A DNA stretch of 60,229 bases from Welwitschia mirabilis (lineage: Eukaryota): NCBI GenBank assembly GCA_051453625.1, contig JBOZIK010000001.1, positions 32,355,501 through 32,415,729 on the forward strand. Reading direction: 5' to 3'. The position numbers and the translations under genes are program-made. The notes under the pieces are model-generated. The model was not told where the DNA came from and did no database searches. It saw only the letters and a program-made list of their open reading frames with translations. This document shows positions 13,519 to 28,230 of this stretch, piece by piece (position 1 is the first letter of the stretch; each line of letters opens with the position of its first letter).

Positions 13519-14767
13519 TGTTGCACTGCCAAATTATATTTATTTAATAGGATATTTTGAGTAGTTTTATAGGACATTATACAAGTTTATACTATGTTTT
13601 CATTATAATGTATAGCTAAGACAAATATCACAAAAACATGCAACATTTATTACATTTGATAGCATTTTAGACAAATTACAATACTTTCCATCTAAAGCAA
13701 TAATTTTATAATTAAAAAGATTGATTTAACACAAAAAAAGCTTTACAAAACCCATTGTTTACCTAACTATCCAGATGGCAATACTAATAATAGAAGAAAT
13801 TATGTTGACTAGGATACTTACTAGATTAATTTGGTAGTTGAAAGTGGATCCTATATGATGTGGCATTATCTCGTGTAACATCTAGATGACTAGATAGATG
13901 ACATTAATAACACTTCATTAAATGTTTACCATGTGTTATGTTCCTTCTTATGTGGCTATTATGATTTTATTACATTTATTAATGTTTACTATTTTCAGAG
14001 TCATTTTTATATTAAATAACTTCTTTATCCTTGACTTTAACTTTATCTTCTTTGGCACTAGAAATTATCATGAAAGGAGATTGAAGGGTAGGAGATCAAT
14101 TTCTTATTGTTGCAAAGAGATGTCTTTCCTAATGTTGGGATGTGTATCCTTCATTGAGGTGCTGCTACTTTATAACATGAATGTTATTCAACTTAATCAA
14201 AACTCTATTTTTCTTTTCATATCATTTGTTATATGCATTTCCCTTATGGTTTATATTACTTTTGATTCTGTGATAGCTTAATCTGTAATGTATATCCTAA
14301 GGGAAACCTCAGTTAAGGTTGATATTATTAGTTTAGGTGCATTTCATTTCATTTTCTAAATTAACTTAGCATTGTTTTCATATTCTATTTAACACACCTA
14401 ATAGCTTAGGTTGATCTTGATTTGGTGATGGATTTTCTTAATTGATTTAGGTTATATAAGATAAATCTTCATCATAGGTTGATTTGATCATTCAATAGAT
14501 GTTACATTTAGAATAGATCTTGCATTTCATTTGCATAATGTATTCGTTTTCTTTGTTACTTTTCATCATTATTTTTTAATACTTAAAGGGTAAATTAATA
14601 TTTCATATGAAATCAATTCTCCTTTTTCTCATCTACGCCTTTATTGAATTATGAAATTTGAGTCACTTCCATGTATATTAGTGTGTTGTATTATGTAATA
14701 TATATATTTTTATGATTTTCAATATTTTTTTAAGGATGTAACATTTTTACAAACACACACTGAAACA
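13519..14767 (+). repeat. 3' LTR of copy A
   Basis: TGTTGCACTGCCAAATT...CACACACTGAAACA; homologous to 1949-3172; not followed by a PBS. Confidence 0.9.
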
Positions 14768-15579
14768 TAGTGTGAAGTCTATTATTATATTTTAGAGCAT
14801 TAAAACCAAGTTAAAATAATTTTAGTTAAGAATGAGTTTAGAATAAAAACCAAGTTAACAAAAATAAGAATTTATATTGATTTTTTATTAAGTATAAAAG
14901 TCATTACAATAAGAGAAAATTCAATTAAAATGTAGCTACAAAAACTCAAAAAGTATAGGTGGAGAAGGGTAAAAGAGAAATATAGAGTGAGAAGTTTAGC
15001 TCATGAATATTCTATGAGAAGAAAAAAAATTTCAAATTTTGATTCATGTATTCATGTTTCTTTGATATCTTTTTTTTCTTTTTGGTAATCTCTTTTATTT
15101 TTCCACATAGATTTCTAATCTAGCTCCTTTGTGACTTGGATAGTTCCTTGAAGAATGTATTACTTAAAGCAGTTAAGGAATCATGATGAGTAATGAAAGA
15201 AGAAGTAGAAGAAGTGGAGAAGAAGGGGAATGAAAAGATTCATAAATATGATCTTTTCCCTTTCTTCTTATAGTGGTTGAATAGTAGGGAGATAAGGGAG
15301 ATTGAGAAGAATAAAAAGTTTTTTGAGGATCTTTTTTCTTCTTCTTAAATCTTCTTAAGAGCACTTAGAGTCTAATCTTTATTTTTACACTTACTAAGTT
15401 GGGTAATCTTTTTTAGGGTTATGGTTTCTCTGAAGGTCCTCTCCCATTCCTCAAAGTCTATGGTATGAACTAAGGCATTATAAATTAAGTTTGCAAGTAA
15501 GAGTGGGAGGTAAAGCTTACTCTTATGGCCCATATTATATGCTTTAGTGATAAAAAGGAATTTGACAATGTTAAAGGGC

Positions 15580-15850
15580 TTATTATCTTAAATGATTCTA
15601 ATCATATTAGAATGACTATGGTAGGCATCAATCACATGTAACATAGGCAAAAACTTTTAAATGATAAATCTAAAAATGCTAGTTGATTCTTATAAATGTA
15701 TTTTCAAGTTAAGATCCTTTTTTTTTATCTGATGCATATTCAACATTTAGTGTAGAATAATAATAACCAAAGGATTTATTGAGAACATAAAGTAAATTAT
15801 CATGATGTTCAACTCCAATTAAAGCTTTTACATCATTAAGAGAAATTAAA
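15580..15850 (+). pseudogene. Highly decayed Ty1/Copia RT N-terminal fragment
   Basis: YKCIFKL (cf. CKWIFK) near 15690; TKGFIE / KVNYHDV / TPIKAFTSLR (cf. AKGFxQxxGxDYxExFxPVxxxxSIR) at 15765-15845, across frameshifts. Confidence 0.45.
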
Positions 15851-16065
15851 AAAATAAAAAGTTTGATGAATGAAAGAATCGATTACCCAAGGGTCATCTT
15901 TATCTATTATTAAATTTTAGTAGAACTCCAAAACTACCCTTGAAAAGTTGTAAGTATCATCTTCCTTTATTATGTAGTTTTAATTCCTTGCCTCAATTTT
16001 ATTAACATGGAAAGATGTAAATAAAGTAAGAAAGAATGTGAAAATTCCTTCCTCTAAAAATGCTT

Positions 16066-17314
16066 TATTCTGATAACAATTTATAGAATTTCAATGGGGT
16101 ATCTTAAGTACTTTTGTAGGACATTTATACAGGTTTAAGTGTTATTCTAATGATTATAAATAATCAATGAAATAATAACTGAAACATGAAATTTTTAACA
16201 TATATGTAGGCATATTAGACTTACTACAATACTTAATGCCTTAAAGGAAAGATTAATAACATAAAAGAATGATTTCTCTTAAGATGAAAACATAAATAAA
16301 CCTATCATCCCCTTTTTTGCCCTCATGATAGTCAAGACGATACTACTACAAATATGGAATGAAGATATGGAGTTGATTGCAAGGATTAAAGCAAATGGTT
16401 CATCTCTTCTTATGGGGTATCATTTGTAGCATTGCTTCCATGACAGTTAGGATGATACGTTATTTGTATGTATGTAAATAATTATCTTTGTAATGGGGTC
16501 ATCTAGCTCATGTGGGTTACTAAGGTTTATTTTTCAACTTTTAGGGTTTTGCTTCTAGAACTTTAATGTAAAACTATAAACAAATCCCTTGGCCTTCACT
16601 TCCATTTCTATCTTTTGTACAAGATATTCTTGTAATGGAATATTGAAGGATAAGAGATTCATTCATTAGCTATAGAGAGAAGAGTTTCTTAGTATTGAGC
16701 TAAGTATCCACTATTGAGGTATTGCTACTTTGTTGAAGTGAATATTAAATGAATGATTAATTCAAGAACTATTTTCACTACTACTGTGTAAATCTCCCTT
16801 ATGATTGAAGTTGATTATAATTTGGTAAAAGCTTCACAGTTTATTTAGATCATAAGTGCAATCTTTATTAATGTTGACATTATTAGCTTGGATCTTACAT
16901 TGCATTTTATTTTATTCCATTTTCATATTTACATTTATTCATATTCTATTTAGTATATCTTATAGCTTATGTTGGTTAAGAATAAGTGATAACTCTTCTT
17001 AATTGATCTAACTTATAAGGACTAGTCTTGATAATAGGAAGATTAGTAATTAAATAGATTCATTATTCATCCATTTGCATTTCTTCATCATTCATCTTGC
17101 ATTACATTTTTATTATTCTTTACTTTCTTTTACTAAAGAAAAAAGATTAAAAATACTTAAAGAAATCAATTCTTTATCTTCTAGCCTAGGTCTTTTAATA
17201 GATTATGATGTTTAGATTGATTCTTGTCTATACTAGTATGTGTTTTCCTATAAGTACTGAGATTTACAGGTTTTTCTTAAGGACTTAAAGATTGTACAAA
17301 TTTACATAATAACA
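16066..17314 (+). repeat. 5' LTR of copy B
   Basis: Decayed start TATTCTGATAACAATTT, end TACATAATAACA; homologous to the LTRs of C and G. Confidence 0.8.
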
Positions 17315-17335
17315 TTTTGGCATCATTGTCAGGAA
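17315..17335 (+). promoter_or_regulatory. Primer binding site, tRNA-Asp type (decayed)
   Basis: TTTTGGCATCATTGTCAGGAA versus the Athila PBS TTTGGCGCCGTTGCCGGGGA; the differences are C>T/G>A changes. Confidence 0.75.
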
Positions 17336-20300
17336 AGATATAAGAATTTGAAGGATTATTACTACCTAAATAACTACATTGGATTTTAGTTTAGGTTATT
17401 TATTTAAAATAGTACTTATTTTTATTCTAAGTTTAGTATGTTGATTTTTGTAATTTTTGTTTTCTATAGCTTTAAAATAATAAAGCACTACTATCCCCTT
17501 AGTGATTTAAATAACACTTAGAAAAACAATCATAGAGATTTAGATTTATTCACATCTTGTAAATTTTATTTGCCCTTTGCAAATTTTCATTTCTTTTGAT
17601 GGTAATAATAAAACACTATTATCCTTTATATCATTTCCATGGCAAGGTGGACAACAACCTGTTTTTCTAGTTATAGCAATTTCTCTTTGATTTTAGCAAT
17701 TCTTTGTTATTGTGATTGATGTTCCTCCTATCGTCTCCATGATAAAGCGGATGACTATCAGTTCTTTTTTAATTCTATTTTTATTTTTTGTCTAAAGTAT
17801 GTAGAAACATGATAAATTCTAGTAAAAAGATGAAATATCAAAGACAATGGAACTTGATTAAAAAAATATTAGAGACGTATTATTCAACTTCGAGCAAAAT
17901 CTAAGTATGCACACCTAGGTATGCAAATTTCAAAAATTTAAAAAGAATATTTTTTTTTGCTTTTATTATTTTAAAATCTATTTTTTTAAAAGAAAATTAT
18001 AAAAATAAAAACATAAAAGAAAATAATGTCATTTCTTTTTCATCTATGTTAAAATCATCACAAAAATAAAAATAAGTTGCTTTGTCCAATATACCAATTA
18101 TGATAGGAACTTTGACTTCAAATGTAAATTCCATGCTTATATATTTCATTGCTAATAAAAAAACATAAAATTCAAAATCCTTATAATTTAGCTGCTAGTG
18201 AATATGTAGAATTAAGAACCTTAAATGCTTATCTAATATTTTTAGAGGATCCTATAGAGGAACCTTTTCAACATCAAGCTGATATTGAAAAACTTGCACT
18301 TACCTTAAGAAATGAAAGAAATGAAGCAATAATCATATTTAAATGATTATCTTTCTAATTACACTTAGAGAAAAGGTAAAATTTTGGCTTGAAACCATTT
18401 CACATAAAAGTCTTAAATCATGGAGTCAAGTGTAAGAAGTTTTTATTAAAATATTTTTGAGTGTAAGTACCATGAGAAAAAGAAGGAAAGAAGTTACCAA
18501 CTTTTAATAACAACTTCATAAGAATAATGCCACAAGTATTTTATTATAGCTATTCATCCAACCCTATCGATGAATTCTATAAGGACAAATTGATAGATTA
18601 TTTCTATAGTGGGTTAACTAGTTAAATTAAAAAACTTGTAGATTTTTTTTTATCTTGGTAGTAACTTGATAAACTTGATTTTGAATAGTGTATGAAATGT
18701 ATTAAAAAATCTAGTAGAGATAATTTAAACTTGACCAAAACTCACTTCTAAGAAAAATTAAAATATAAGAGAAATCATAAAAGATTTAAAAGAATTAAAA
18801 CATAATAAGGAAGAAGAGAAAGATGATTCAACCAATATGATTAAAGATTTCACTACCACTTAGAAAACTACACTCAGAAGATAGTTGATGCAAGGATAGT
18901 AAAAGAAAAAAAAACACAACTTCAACATGTTATATTTGTGAAGACAACTATTATTAAATTAAAGAATGCCCTTTGTTACCAACTTGTAAAAAGAGGATGT
19001 TTGAGGAAGTATGTGAATTCAATTAAATAATATCTAAATTTAAAATTAAATCATAATTTCCACAAAGATTAGGTGGATAATTACACTAAAAACATTTTGA
19101 AAAATGATTCAGGAATTCAAAATTCTAATGAAACAACCTTAATCTTTAACCAAATTAAAATGGTCCACTTAGAGATTTAATAAAAGAATTGAAAAAGATG
19201 TAAGAAAATACTAACAATAATATTTAAAACTTATTAAACACACCTCAACAAAAATGCTAGCTAATCAAAGATCATAAGGTCTCTTTCTTCTCAACCTTTA
19301 TCCAACCCAAATAAAATTAAGAGAGATTTAAAGTTAGTAACAAAAAGTGAAGATGATATAACACCTTGTATCCATGAGGTTTCAACTTAGAAAAATAATA
19401 CAAAAAGTAATGAAGAAGATGATGTAGAAATTTTAAATACATATATCTTCTCTTCAACATTAAATGCTAAGCCCACCACTAAAAATTCTTTACAAGAACA
19501 TAAAGGGAAAGAACCATCTACTCATTGACTTGATAAGTTAAACAGAAATCCTATCTATGATGAGAACTTAAAGGCCTTGATACAAGAGATAAACATTAAC
19601 TTACCATTTTGTAAATTCTTGTAAGAAAATCTTAAATATTCTAAGTTGTGGAAATATTTAATTAGAAGAAAATAAAAACATATCATTTCTACTAAGATCT
19701 TTCTTACTCAATCTATTTCCAACTTAGTTATGAAATAGTATCCTAAATTCAATGATCCTAGGATAGCAATAGTGGGTGTCACTTTAGAATTAAATAAAAT
19801 AATTCAAAAGCCTTTTATTAACATAGAAGCCAATGTAAACATCATGCCTTTTCACATGTGTAAAAGACTTGGGTTGAAAAATAGAGTAAAACCTATATGA
19901 ATCATCTTAAAATTGGCTAAAGCTTTAATTAAGAAATCCTTAAGAGTTATCAAGGACTTATTTATCCAAATATAAGAATCTTTCTATTCCATAGATGTAG
20001 TTATCATTGAGGTAGAACATGATGGAGGTTATCTACTACTCTTACGAAGAGCCTTTTACATAACTATTCCCTATATTATTAATACACAAATCAAAATGAT
20101 GAAATGTTATATAGGCAATAATAAGTTAATTACTAAAGTTTTTAATGTTTTTAAAAAAAGATATAAGATATTAGTATAACTTAGAAGAAGAACTTAAATC
20201 AACCTTATTTTTATAGCATTGTCTAATTGAGGAGAGATTAATAATGTTAAACAAACTAACTTTATATGATNNNNNNNNNNNNNNNNNNNNNNNNNNNNNN

Positions 20301-21053
20301 NNNNNNNNNNNNNNNNNNNNNNNNNNNNNNNNNNNNNNNNNNNNNNNNNNNNNNNNNNNNNNNNNNNNNNNNNNNNNNNNNNNNNNNNNNNNNNNNNNNN
20401 NNNNNNNNNNNNNNNNNNNNNNNNNNNNNNNNNNNNNNNNNNNNNNNNNNNNNNNNNNNNNNNNNNNNNNNNNNNNNNNNNNNNNNNNNNNNNNNNNNNN
20501 NNNNNNNNNNNNNNNNNNNNNNNNNNNNNNNNNNNNNNNNNNNNNNNNNNNNNNNNNNNNNNNNNNNNNNNNNNNNNNNNNNNNNNNNNNNNNNNNNNNN
20601 NNNNNNNNNNNNNNNNNNNNNNNNNNNNNNNNNNNNNNNNNNNNNNNNNNNNNNNNNNNNNNNNNNNNNNNNNNNNNNNNNNNNNNNNNNNNNNNNNNNN
20701 NNNNNNNNNNNNNNNNNNNNNNNNNNNNNNNNNNNNNNNNNNNNNNNNNNNNNNNNNNNNNNNNNNNNNNNNNNNNNNNNNNNNNNNNNNNNNNNNNNAC
20801 TAAAATACACTATCTTAAGCATGAGGATGAGGAATTTCTTAACTATAAGAAAATCCACCATGTTTACTCAATAAAAAACCATATTTTAATGGTGTCATCC
20901 CCTTACGTCATCCTCAGGACATGTTGAGATGATAGTCATTGATGGCAATTCAATATCCAAACTGAAAAATTTTAACTTAGAATTAAAAGGGTTTCCCAAA
21001 GGTTTGAAATACATTTTTATATCTAATAATCTGAAGAAACCTTTAAAAATAAG

Positions 21054-22311
21054 TGTTTTAACGCCAATTTATAGGAATTTAATAATGTATTTTGGGTATT
21101 TTTATAGGACCTTTATATAGGTTTGGATGTAATACTAATGATTATAGAAAACTGATAGGATGATCACCAAAACATTTAACTCTTAACATATTTGGAGGAT
21201 TTTCAGGCTTATTCTAACACTTCATAATTTGGAATAAGAATGTACTATATAGAAGACTAATTTATCTTTGAGATTGAAAAGGAAAAATTTTGCCATCCCC
21301 TTTATTGTCCTCATAATAGGTAGGATAATAGCACTTCTAATATGGATGGAGGTTGCAGAGTTGACTATGAGGATTGAAGATAATGAAGCACATTTTGATG
21401 TGAAATTTCATCCCCATGGTAATCCTAATGATAGTTAAGATGATAATTATTCTTCTATGGATAAAAAGATTTATCTTTGTAATGAGTTAAGCGACCCATT
21501 TGGGCTACTAGGACTTCTTCTATGACTCTTAGGAATAAGCTTCTAGAACTTCATTGTAAAACTATGAATACTACCTTTTTTCTTCACTTCCTTTTCAATC
21601 ATTTATACCTAATGTTCTTGTGATGGAAGATTGAAAAATAAGAGATCCATCCAGTAGCTACATAGAGAAGTCACCTTGGTTTTAGATTGAGTATCCTTCA
21701 TTAAAAAGCTGATACTTTATTGTAAGTTGATGTAAAATTTTTATGATTAATTTAAATACTCTTTTTACTACAAATGTATGTATTCTCCTTATAGTTTAAG
21801 CTAATTATAGTTTATTAATAGTTCTATAAACTATTTATATTATAAGAGTAATATTTGTTAAGGTAGATTCTGTTAGTTTAGGCTTACATTGTATTTTCTT
21901 TATTCAATTCCATATTAGATTTTCCACATTTTATTTTGGCATGTATCATAGTTTATGTTGGTTAGGAATATTTGATAAACTCTTCTTAATTAATTTGAAT
22001 TATAGAGAGCTAGTTCTTATAATGGGAGAATTAGGATCCAAATAGAATTCATTTTACTTGCAATCCATTTATTGCATTTCATATTTATTATTATATTGTA
22101 TTTTCATATTTGTTTACTTTTATTTGTTAAAAAATAAAAGACTAAAATTACTTTTGAAAATCAATTCTCTAACTCTAAGCCTAGTGCCTTCATTGGGATT
22201 ATGACATTTGGCTTAACTCCCATCTATAGTAGTGTGTGTTTTTTTGCAAGTAATTTGATATACAAGTTTACCTAAAGAGCTTAAAAGATTGCACAAGTTT
22301 ACATCACAACA
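21054..22311 (+). repeat. 5' LTR of copy C
   Basis: TGTTTTAACGCCAATTT...ACATCACAACA, followed by PBS remnant TTTTGGTTTTATTGCTAAGGAA. Confidence 0.9.
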
Positions 22312-23049
22312 TTTTGGTTTTATTGCTAAGGAAGGTTGCAAGGAGCTGGAACATTGTTACTATTTAAATAACTACCATGAATTTCTACTTAGGTTATTTA
22401 TTTGAAATAGTGTTGTATTTTTAGCATTGCTTAGAGTAGGTTTATTTTAGCAATTTTTATTTTTTATATCTTTTAGAATCATTATCATCCTCTCTACCAT
22501 TCCAATGGAATTAGGAATGATAGGTCTAAAGTTTTAAATTTAATTTCTTTTTCATAATTTTCCTTCTTTGTAGATCACTAATAAAAGTACTGTCATCTTC
22601 TTTGTCATTTCCATGATAGCTAGGACAATAATCTGGTTTTTTGTGTTTAGTACATTTTATTTATGTTCTATTTTCTATCTCTATGATTGTCGTTTCCCCT
22701 ATTGTCCCCATAACTAGATGGATGATATTTACTTATTTTTAATTTTGATTTTTTGTTTTTTGTTTGAGCATGTAGGGAGTTGATAAATTCTATTAGAAAG
22801 ATGAAATATCATATAGAGTAGAACTTTATTAAAGAAAACATCAATAAAAAGAATTATTCAACTTTAAGTGAAATATAGGTATGCATACCCTAGGTATGCA
22901 AATTTGAAGAATTGAAAAAGAAGTTTTTTTTGCTTTTATTATTTTAGAATCAGATTTTGTAAAAGAAACTTATAATATAGAGGTAGATCATATCATTTCT
23001 TCTTTAAATATGTTGAATATGTTAAAATCATTACAAAAAGAAAAGCAAG

Positions 23050-26000
23050 TTAATTTGTTTAGTACTTCAATCATAATAGAAAACTCTGTTTCAAATGTAA
23101 TTGTTACTCTTAGATACTTAATTAAAAATAGAAAATGTAAAATTCAAAATTCCTTGAATTTATCTCTTAATGATGATATAGAATTAAGAAACTTAAGTGC
23201 TTATCTAACTTTTTAAAGAGAACATAAGGAAGAGCCTTTACAACATATAACTAACATTGAATAACTTGTGCTTACCTTAAGAAATGGAAAGAAATGAATT
23301 AATGACTATATCTACATGATTATTTTCCTAGTCATACTTATAGGAAGGGCAAAAATTTGGCTTAAAACCATCTCACATAAGAGTCTTAAATCTTGCAGTT
23401 AAGTATAAGAAGTATTTATCAAAAAATTATTGAGTGAAAGTTCCATGAGAAAAAGAAGAAAATAGATAATCAACTTCTAACAACAACCCCAAGAGGATTA
23501 TACCATGGATTATGAGCATTTTATCATACCTAATCATTTAAATCCTATTGATGAATTTTATAAAGAAGAGTTAGTTGATTATTTCTACAGTAGATTGAAT
23601 TATCAAACTAAATAACTTATAGACTTTTCTTGTTTAAAGATTTTACTACCACCTTAGATAAGTACACATAATTAATAGTTGATGTAAAAGTAGTAAAGAC
23701 GAAAATACCACTTCAACTTGTGAAATTTGTAAAGATAACTCTCATCTAACTAAAGAATGTTCCTTTTTGCTAACTTATAAAGAAAGGATTTTTGAGAAAG
23801 TTTATGCTTTTAATCAAAGAACACCTAGTTTTAAAATTCAAATACAATTTCAACAAAGATTAGGTGGATAATCAACATGGAAACCTTTTGAAAATATATT
23901 CATAAATTCCAATTTTTAACCTAATTTTCAACAACAACAGAATGATCCACTCAAGAAATCTATAAAAAAATTCAAAAAAAATGCAAGAAAATATCAATAG
24001 TAATATTTAAAGAACCAATATGAATATTAAATAGACTAATGGCAATATTGGAAATTTAGTGAATGTGCTCCAACAAACAATGCTTCCCAACCAAAGACCA
24101 TAAGGTTGTCTTGCATCTGAACCATTACCTAATCAAAATAAGATTAGAAGAGATTTAAAAGTAGTAACAAGAAGTGAAAATGATACAATACCTCTTTCCC
24201 ATGAGGTTTCAATTTCTAAGAATAATAACAATAAGGAAGATGATGTAGAAATTTTGGATTCATACAATCTTTTATTAACATCACATGCTAAAAATCTTTC
24301 ATAAGAAAACAAATAAAAACAACTAGCTATCCCTTGGCTTAACCAATTAAGTATGAATTTTACTTTTGATGAATACTTAAAAATCTTAATGTAAGAAGTA
24401 AACATCAACTTGCCTTTTTAGAAATTCTTGTGAGAAAACCCTAAATAATCTAAGTTATGGAAGGATCTAGTGAAAAGAAAATAAAAACATACCATTCCTA
24501 GCAAAGTCTTTCTCATTTAATCTCTTTCCAACTTAGTTATGAAAAAATATCTTAAATTCAAAGACCTTGGAGTTACAACTATGAGTATCACCTTAGAAGG
24601 AATCAAAATAATTCAGAAAGCTTTAATTGACATAGGGGCTACTATAAATATAATGCCTTTTTACATATGTAAGAGACTTGAGTTGGAAAATAGAATAGAA
24701 CCTACATGAATTATCTTGGAATTGGCTAGCATTNNNNNNNNNNATAAATAAACCATTAGAAATTATCAAGAGCCTAGTCATCCAAATTGAAAAAGCCTTT
24801 ACCCTATAGATGTGGTTATCATTGAGGTAGAATATGATAGAGGCTATCCACTCCTCTTAGAAAGATCCTGTTATGCAACTTTCCATTGTATCATTAACAC
24901 ACAAACTAGGATGAGGAGATGTCACATAAAAATTAATAGTTTACCATACAAGTTTTTGATGCTACTAAGAAGGAAATAATAAATTAGTTTAACTTATAAG
25001 ATAAACTAAAACCAACCATGTTCTTAAAACATTGATTAATTGAGGAGAGATTAATAATGCNNNNNNNNNNNNNNNNNNNNNNNNNNNNNNNNNNNNNNNN
25101 NNNNNNNNNNNNNNNNNNNNNNNNNNNNNNNNNNNNNNNNNNNNNNNNNNNNNNNNNNNNATGTTCTTAAAACATTGATTAATTGAGGAGAGATTAATAA
25201 TGCTACATGAGCCAACTTTTTATGATGACCCAACTAAAACATACTATCTTAAGTCTGAGGATTAAGAATATAATGAGTGGGGATAAATTCAACATATTCA
25301 CTTGGTAGAAAAATTTTTTGTAAAGTGTTGTTTCACATCTATTATTCCCATAATAGACGGGATGACAACTCAAATCCTTAACTTAGAAATTAAAAAGCTA
25401 CTCCAAGGTTTAAAATATATTTTTCTATTCGATAATAAGATAAAACTCCTAATAATAAGTGACTATTTAACTCCTCAATAAGAATCCATCTTGATTTTCC
25501 CTCTTAACTTCTAAAGATGATTCCTTTTCTTGGACTCATAAAGACTTAACTATACTACCTTTTTCCATATTTCAATACAAGATTTACCTTGAAGATAATG
25601 ATAAACCTATTAGATAACCATAATGGGGGTTCAACCTAGCCTTTAAGAAAATAGTTAAAAATAAAATCATTAAACTTAAAAATGGTAGGATTACATATGT
25701 TATATCTGATAGTGAGTGGATTAGTCCTTTTATCATAGTTTCAAAGAAGGAAGGAAAATGGACAATGTGCATTGATTTTAGGAAACTTAATGAGCTCACT
25801 AAAAAAGATCATTGTCCTTTACCTGTTCTTGAACAAGTACTTGATAGAATCCAATATCATGCCTACTATTATTTTTTGATGGGTATAATGGCTATAATAA
25901 AATTTTCATAGTAAGTGAGGATCAAGCTAAAATAACCTTTACCTCACTCTTTGGAATTTTTGCCTTTAGATGAATGCCCTTTGAACTATGCAATGCCCCT

Positions 26001-28230
26001 TGAACCTTCTAACATGCTATGATGGGGATCCTTTCTAATATGATAAAGGAATCTATTGAAATATTTATGGATGACTTCTCCATTTTTAAAATACTTTTAA
26101 ACAAACCATAAAAATATTAAATAAAGTTTTAGATCAATGTATAGAGAGTGGCTTACATTTGAGTTGAAAAAAGAGTAATCATGGAATTGTTTAAGGACAT
26201 CATATTTTAAAGAAAGGGATTAGAATGGACCCTAAAAAAGTTGATATCATTAAAAAACTTAGCCCTTCAACTAATGTTAAAAAAGTTATATTATTCCTTA
26301 AACATGTTGGTTTCTATCATCATTTTATTCATGATTATGCTAAAACCTATAAACCACTTCATTCCTTACTTGAAAGAGATGCTAAATTTGATTGTAATAG
26401 TCATGTAAACACAAATTTGATACACTTAAGAAAAACATTTCTTCTAAACCTATTGTGATAGGTCCTAATTGGAATAAGGATTTTAACTTATGTGTGATGC
26501 AAGAAACATTGTTATGGATGGGATTATTAGCTAAAAATATGAAAATGATTTTAAAGCCATATTATATCTTAGTAAAACTTTTTCAAGCCTAATCCAACTA
26601 TACTAGTAGTAAGAGAGAAGTGCTTGCCATAATCTTTTTTCTTGATCATCTTTAATATTATCTTCTTGATTTCTATATCAATGTTTATACAAATCATGTA
26701 GCCATTTTTTGTCTTATGACTAAGAAATATTCTATTATGAGAATTATTAGGTGGATTTTTTTCATGAAAGAATTTAATCTCACCCTTATCAATAAGGTTG
26801 GAAAATATAATAGTATTGCTAATCATTTGTCTCGACTTCCTTGTTTTCATGATGAACTTCCCATAAATTATTCATTTCTAGATGAACAACTTATTATAAC
26901 TAAATAACTTTATACCATCTTTTCTACTCATCCTGCTTCTTTATATGCTGATATTATGAACTATTTTGTTACTATTAAAATACCTTAGCATTAGAATCAT
27001 AACCAATGCAAATCTTTTTTCCACAAGATCAGTGACTATGAGTGGAATGAACTCCATGTTTATAAAGATGCAAAGATCAAATCATGTATAAATGTATGCC
27101 TGAGTGAGAAAGCCTAGCCATCCTAAAACCTTACCATGGTGGAGTATGTGAGGGACATTTTAGTGGCCAAAAGACTATTATGAAAATTATTCACTTTGTT
27201 TTTTATTGGCTTACTCTTTTTAAAGATTCATTTAACTTTGCTGGAAGGTGTGATGCATGTCAATGTTATGATAGCTTAACACATTTTTAAGATATATCTC
27301 TTAAACCTATACTTGAATGTGAACCTTTGGATTATTGATGGATTGACTTTCTAGGCCCTATTACACCACATTATAATGATAAAAATTACATCTTAGTGGC
27401 TGATAATTATGTTACTAAGTGGGTCGAAGCTATTTCTACTACTTTGAATGATGCCTGAACCATTTGCAACTTTGTTTGAACTCATATCTGTTAATGTTTT
27501 GGTCTTTCTTGAATCATCATTAGTGATTAAGGAACTCATTTCGTAAACTACCTTTTTCAAAAACTTCTTTTATCCATTGGTATTAAACATAGAATTACAT
27601 GTGCTTATCATCCTCAAACTAATGGCCAAGCTGAAAATGCAAATAAAGAAATTAAAAAGATACTTTAAAAATTAGTCTTTGTTAATAGGAAAACATGGTT
27701 CTTTAAACTTAATGATGTTCTTTGAATTTATTGTATCACTTGGTGTAATTTTCTAGGTTTCTTACCATATAAACTTATGTATGAAAAAGGTTGTGTCTTG
27801 CCAGTTAATGTTTTCTATAACTTTCATTGATCCACCTATCAACTTAATATTATAGACTTAGATGAAAATCTTAAAACTCAATTAGCTCAACTTGACCATT
27901 TAGATGAAAAATGTAATTATTCCCTACATTGTTAACTCATTAAAAAAATTCCAAGTCAAGTTCAAACATAACAAGAAGATTATCCATAAACAATTTAAAC
28001 AAGGTTAACTTGTTTTTTTTATATAACACCCAAGTACATCTTTTACACAACAAGTTAACTTCTAAATGGTTAGGTATTTATCTTATAAAAAAATTACATT
28101 CAAATGGCTTAATTGAAATCTCTAATCCAAACACTAGAGAAATTTAAAGATTTAATAGTAAAGGTTAAAACTTTATGAGTCATCCTCTAATGAAACCTTG
28201 AACATGATAGAAGCACTTTCCTTAAAAGAT
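23050..28230 (+). pseudogene. gag-pol pseudogene of copy C
   Basis: CEICKDNSHLTKEC (~23719); ALIDIGATINIM (~24620); RT SEWISPFIIVSKKEGKWTMCIDFRKLN and IFMDDFS (~26061); LMCDARN (~26487); integrase GGVCEGHF...[25 protein letters not shown] ~200 bp deletion in gag near 23630. Confidence 0.92.

Larger units (their letters stand above)
1949..14767 (+). mobile_element. Full-length decayed Athila-like LTR retrotransposon, copy A
   Basis: Two homologous LTRs, PBS remnant, gag-AP-RT-RH-INT order, long 3' region, PPT AAGTTGGGGAGCCA. Possibly chimeric across the gap at 9126-9269. Confidence 0.85.

Noticed and set aside
13922..14281. Hydrophobic 119 aa ORF (and its homolog 2375-2608) resembling a membrane protein
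   Set aside because: Lies inside the LTRs, T-rich composition explains the hydrophobicity, and start/stop positions are not conserved between LTR copies.
20244..20927. Long ORFs spanning N runs (also at 462, 9058, 25051, 33115-34332, 45203, 57310, 58757)
   Set aside because: Artefacts of translating assembly gaps.
25018..25203. ~43 bp direct repeat flanking a 100-N gap
   Set aside because: The copies are identical and abut a placeholder gap: an unmerged contig overlap.
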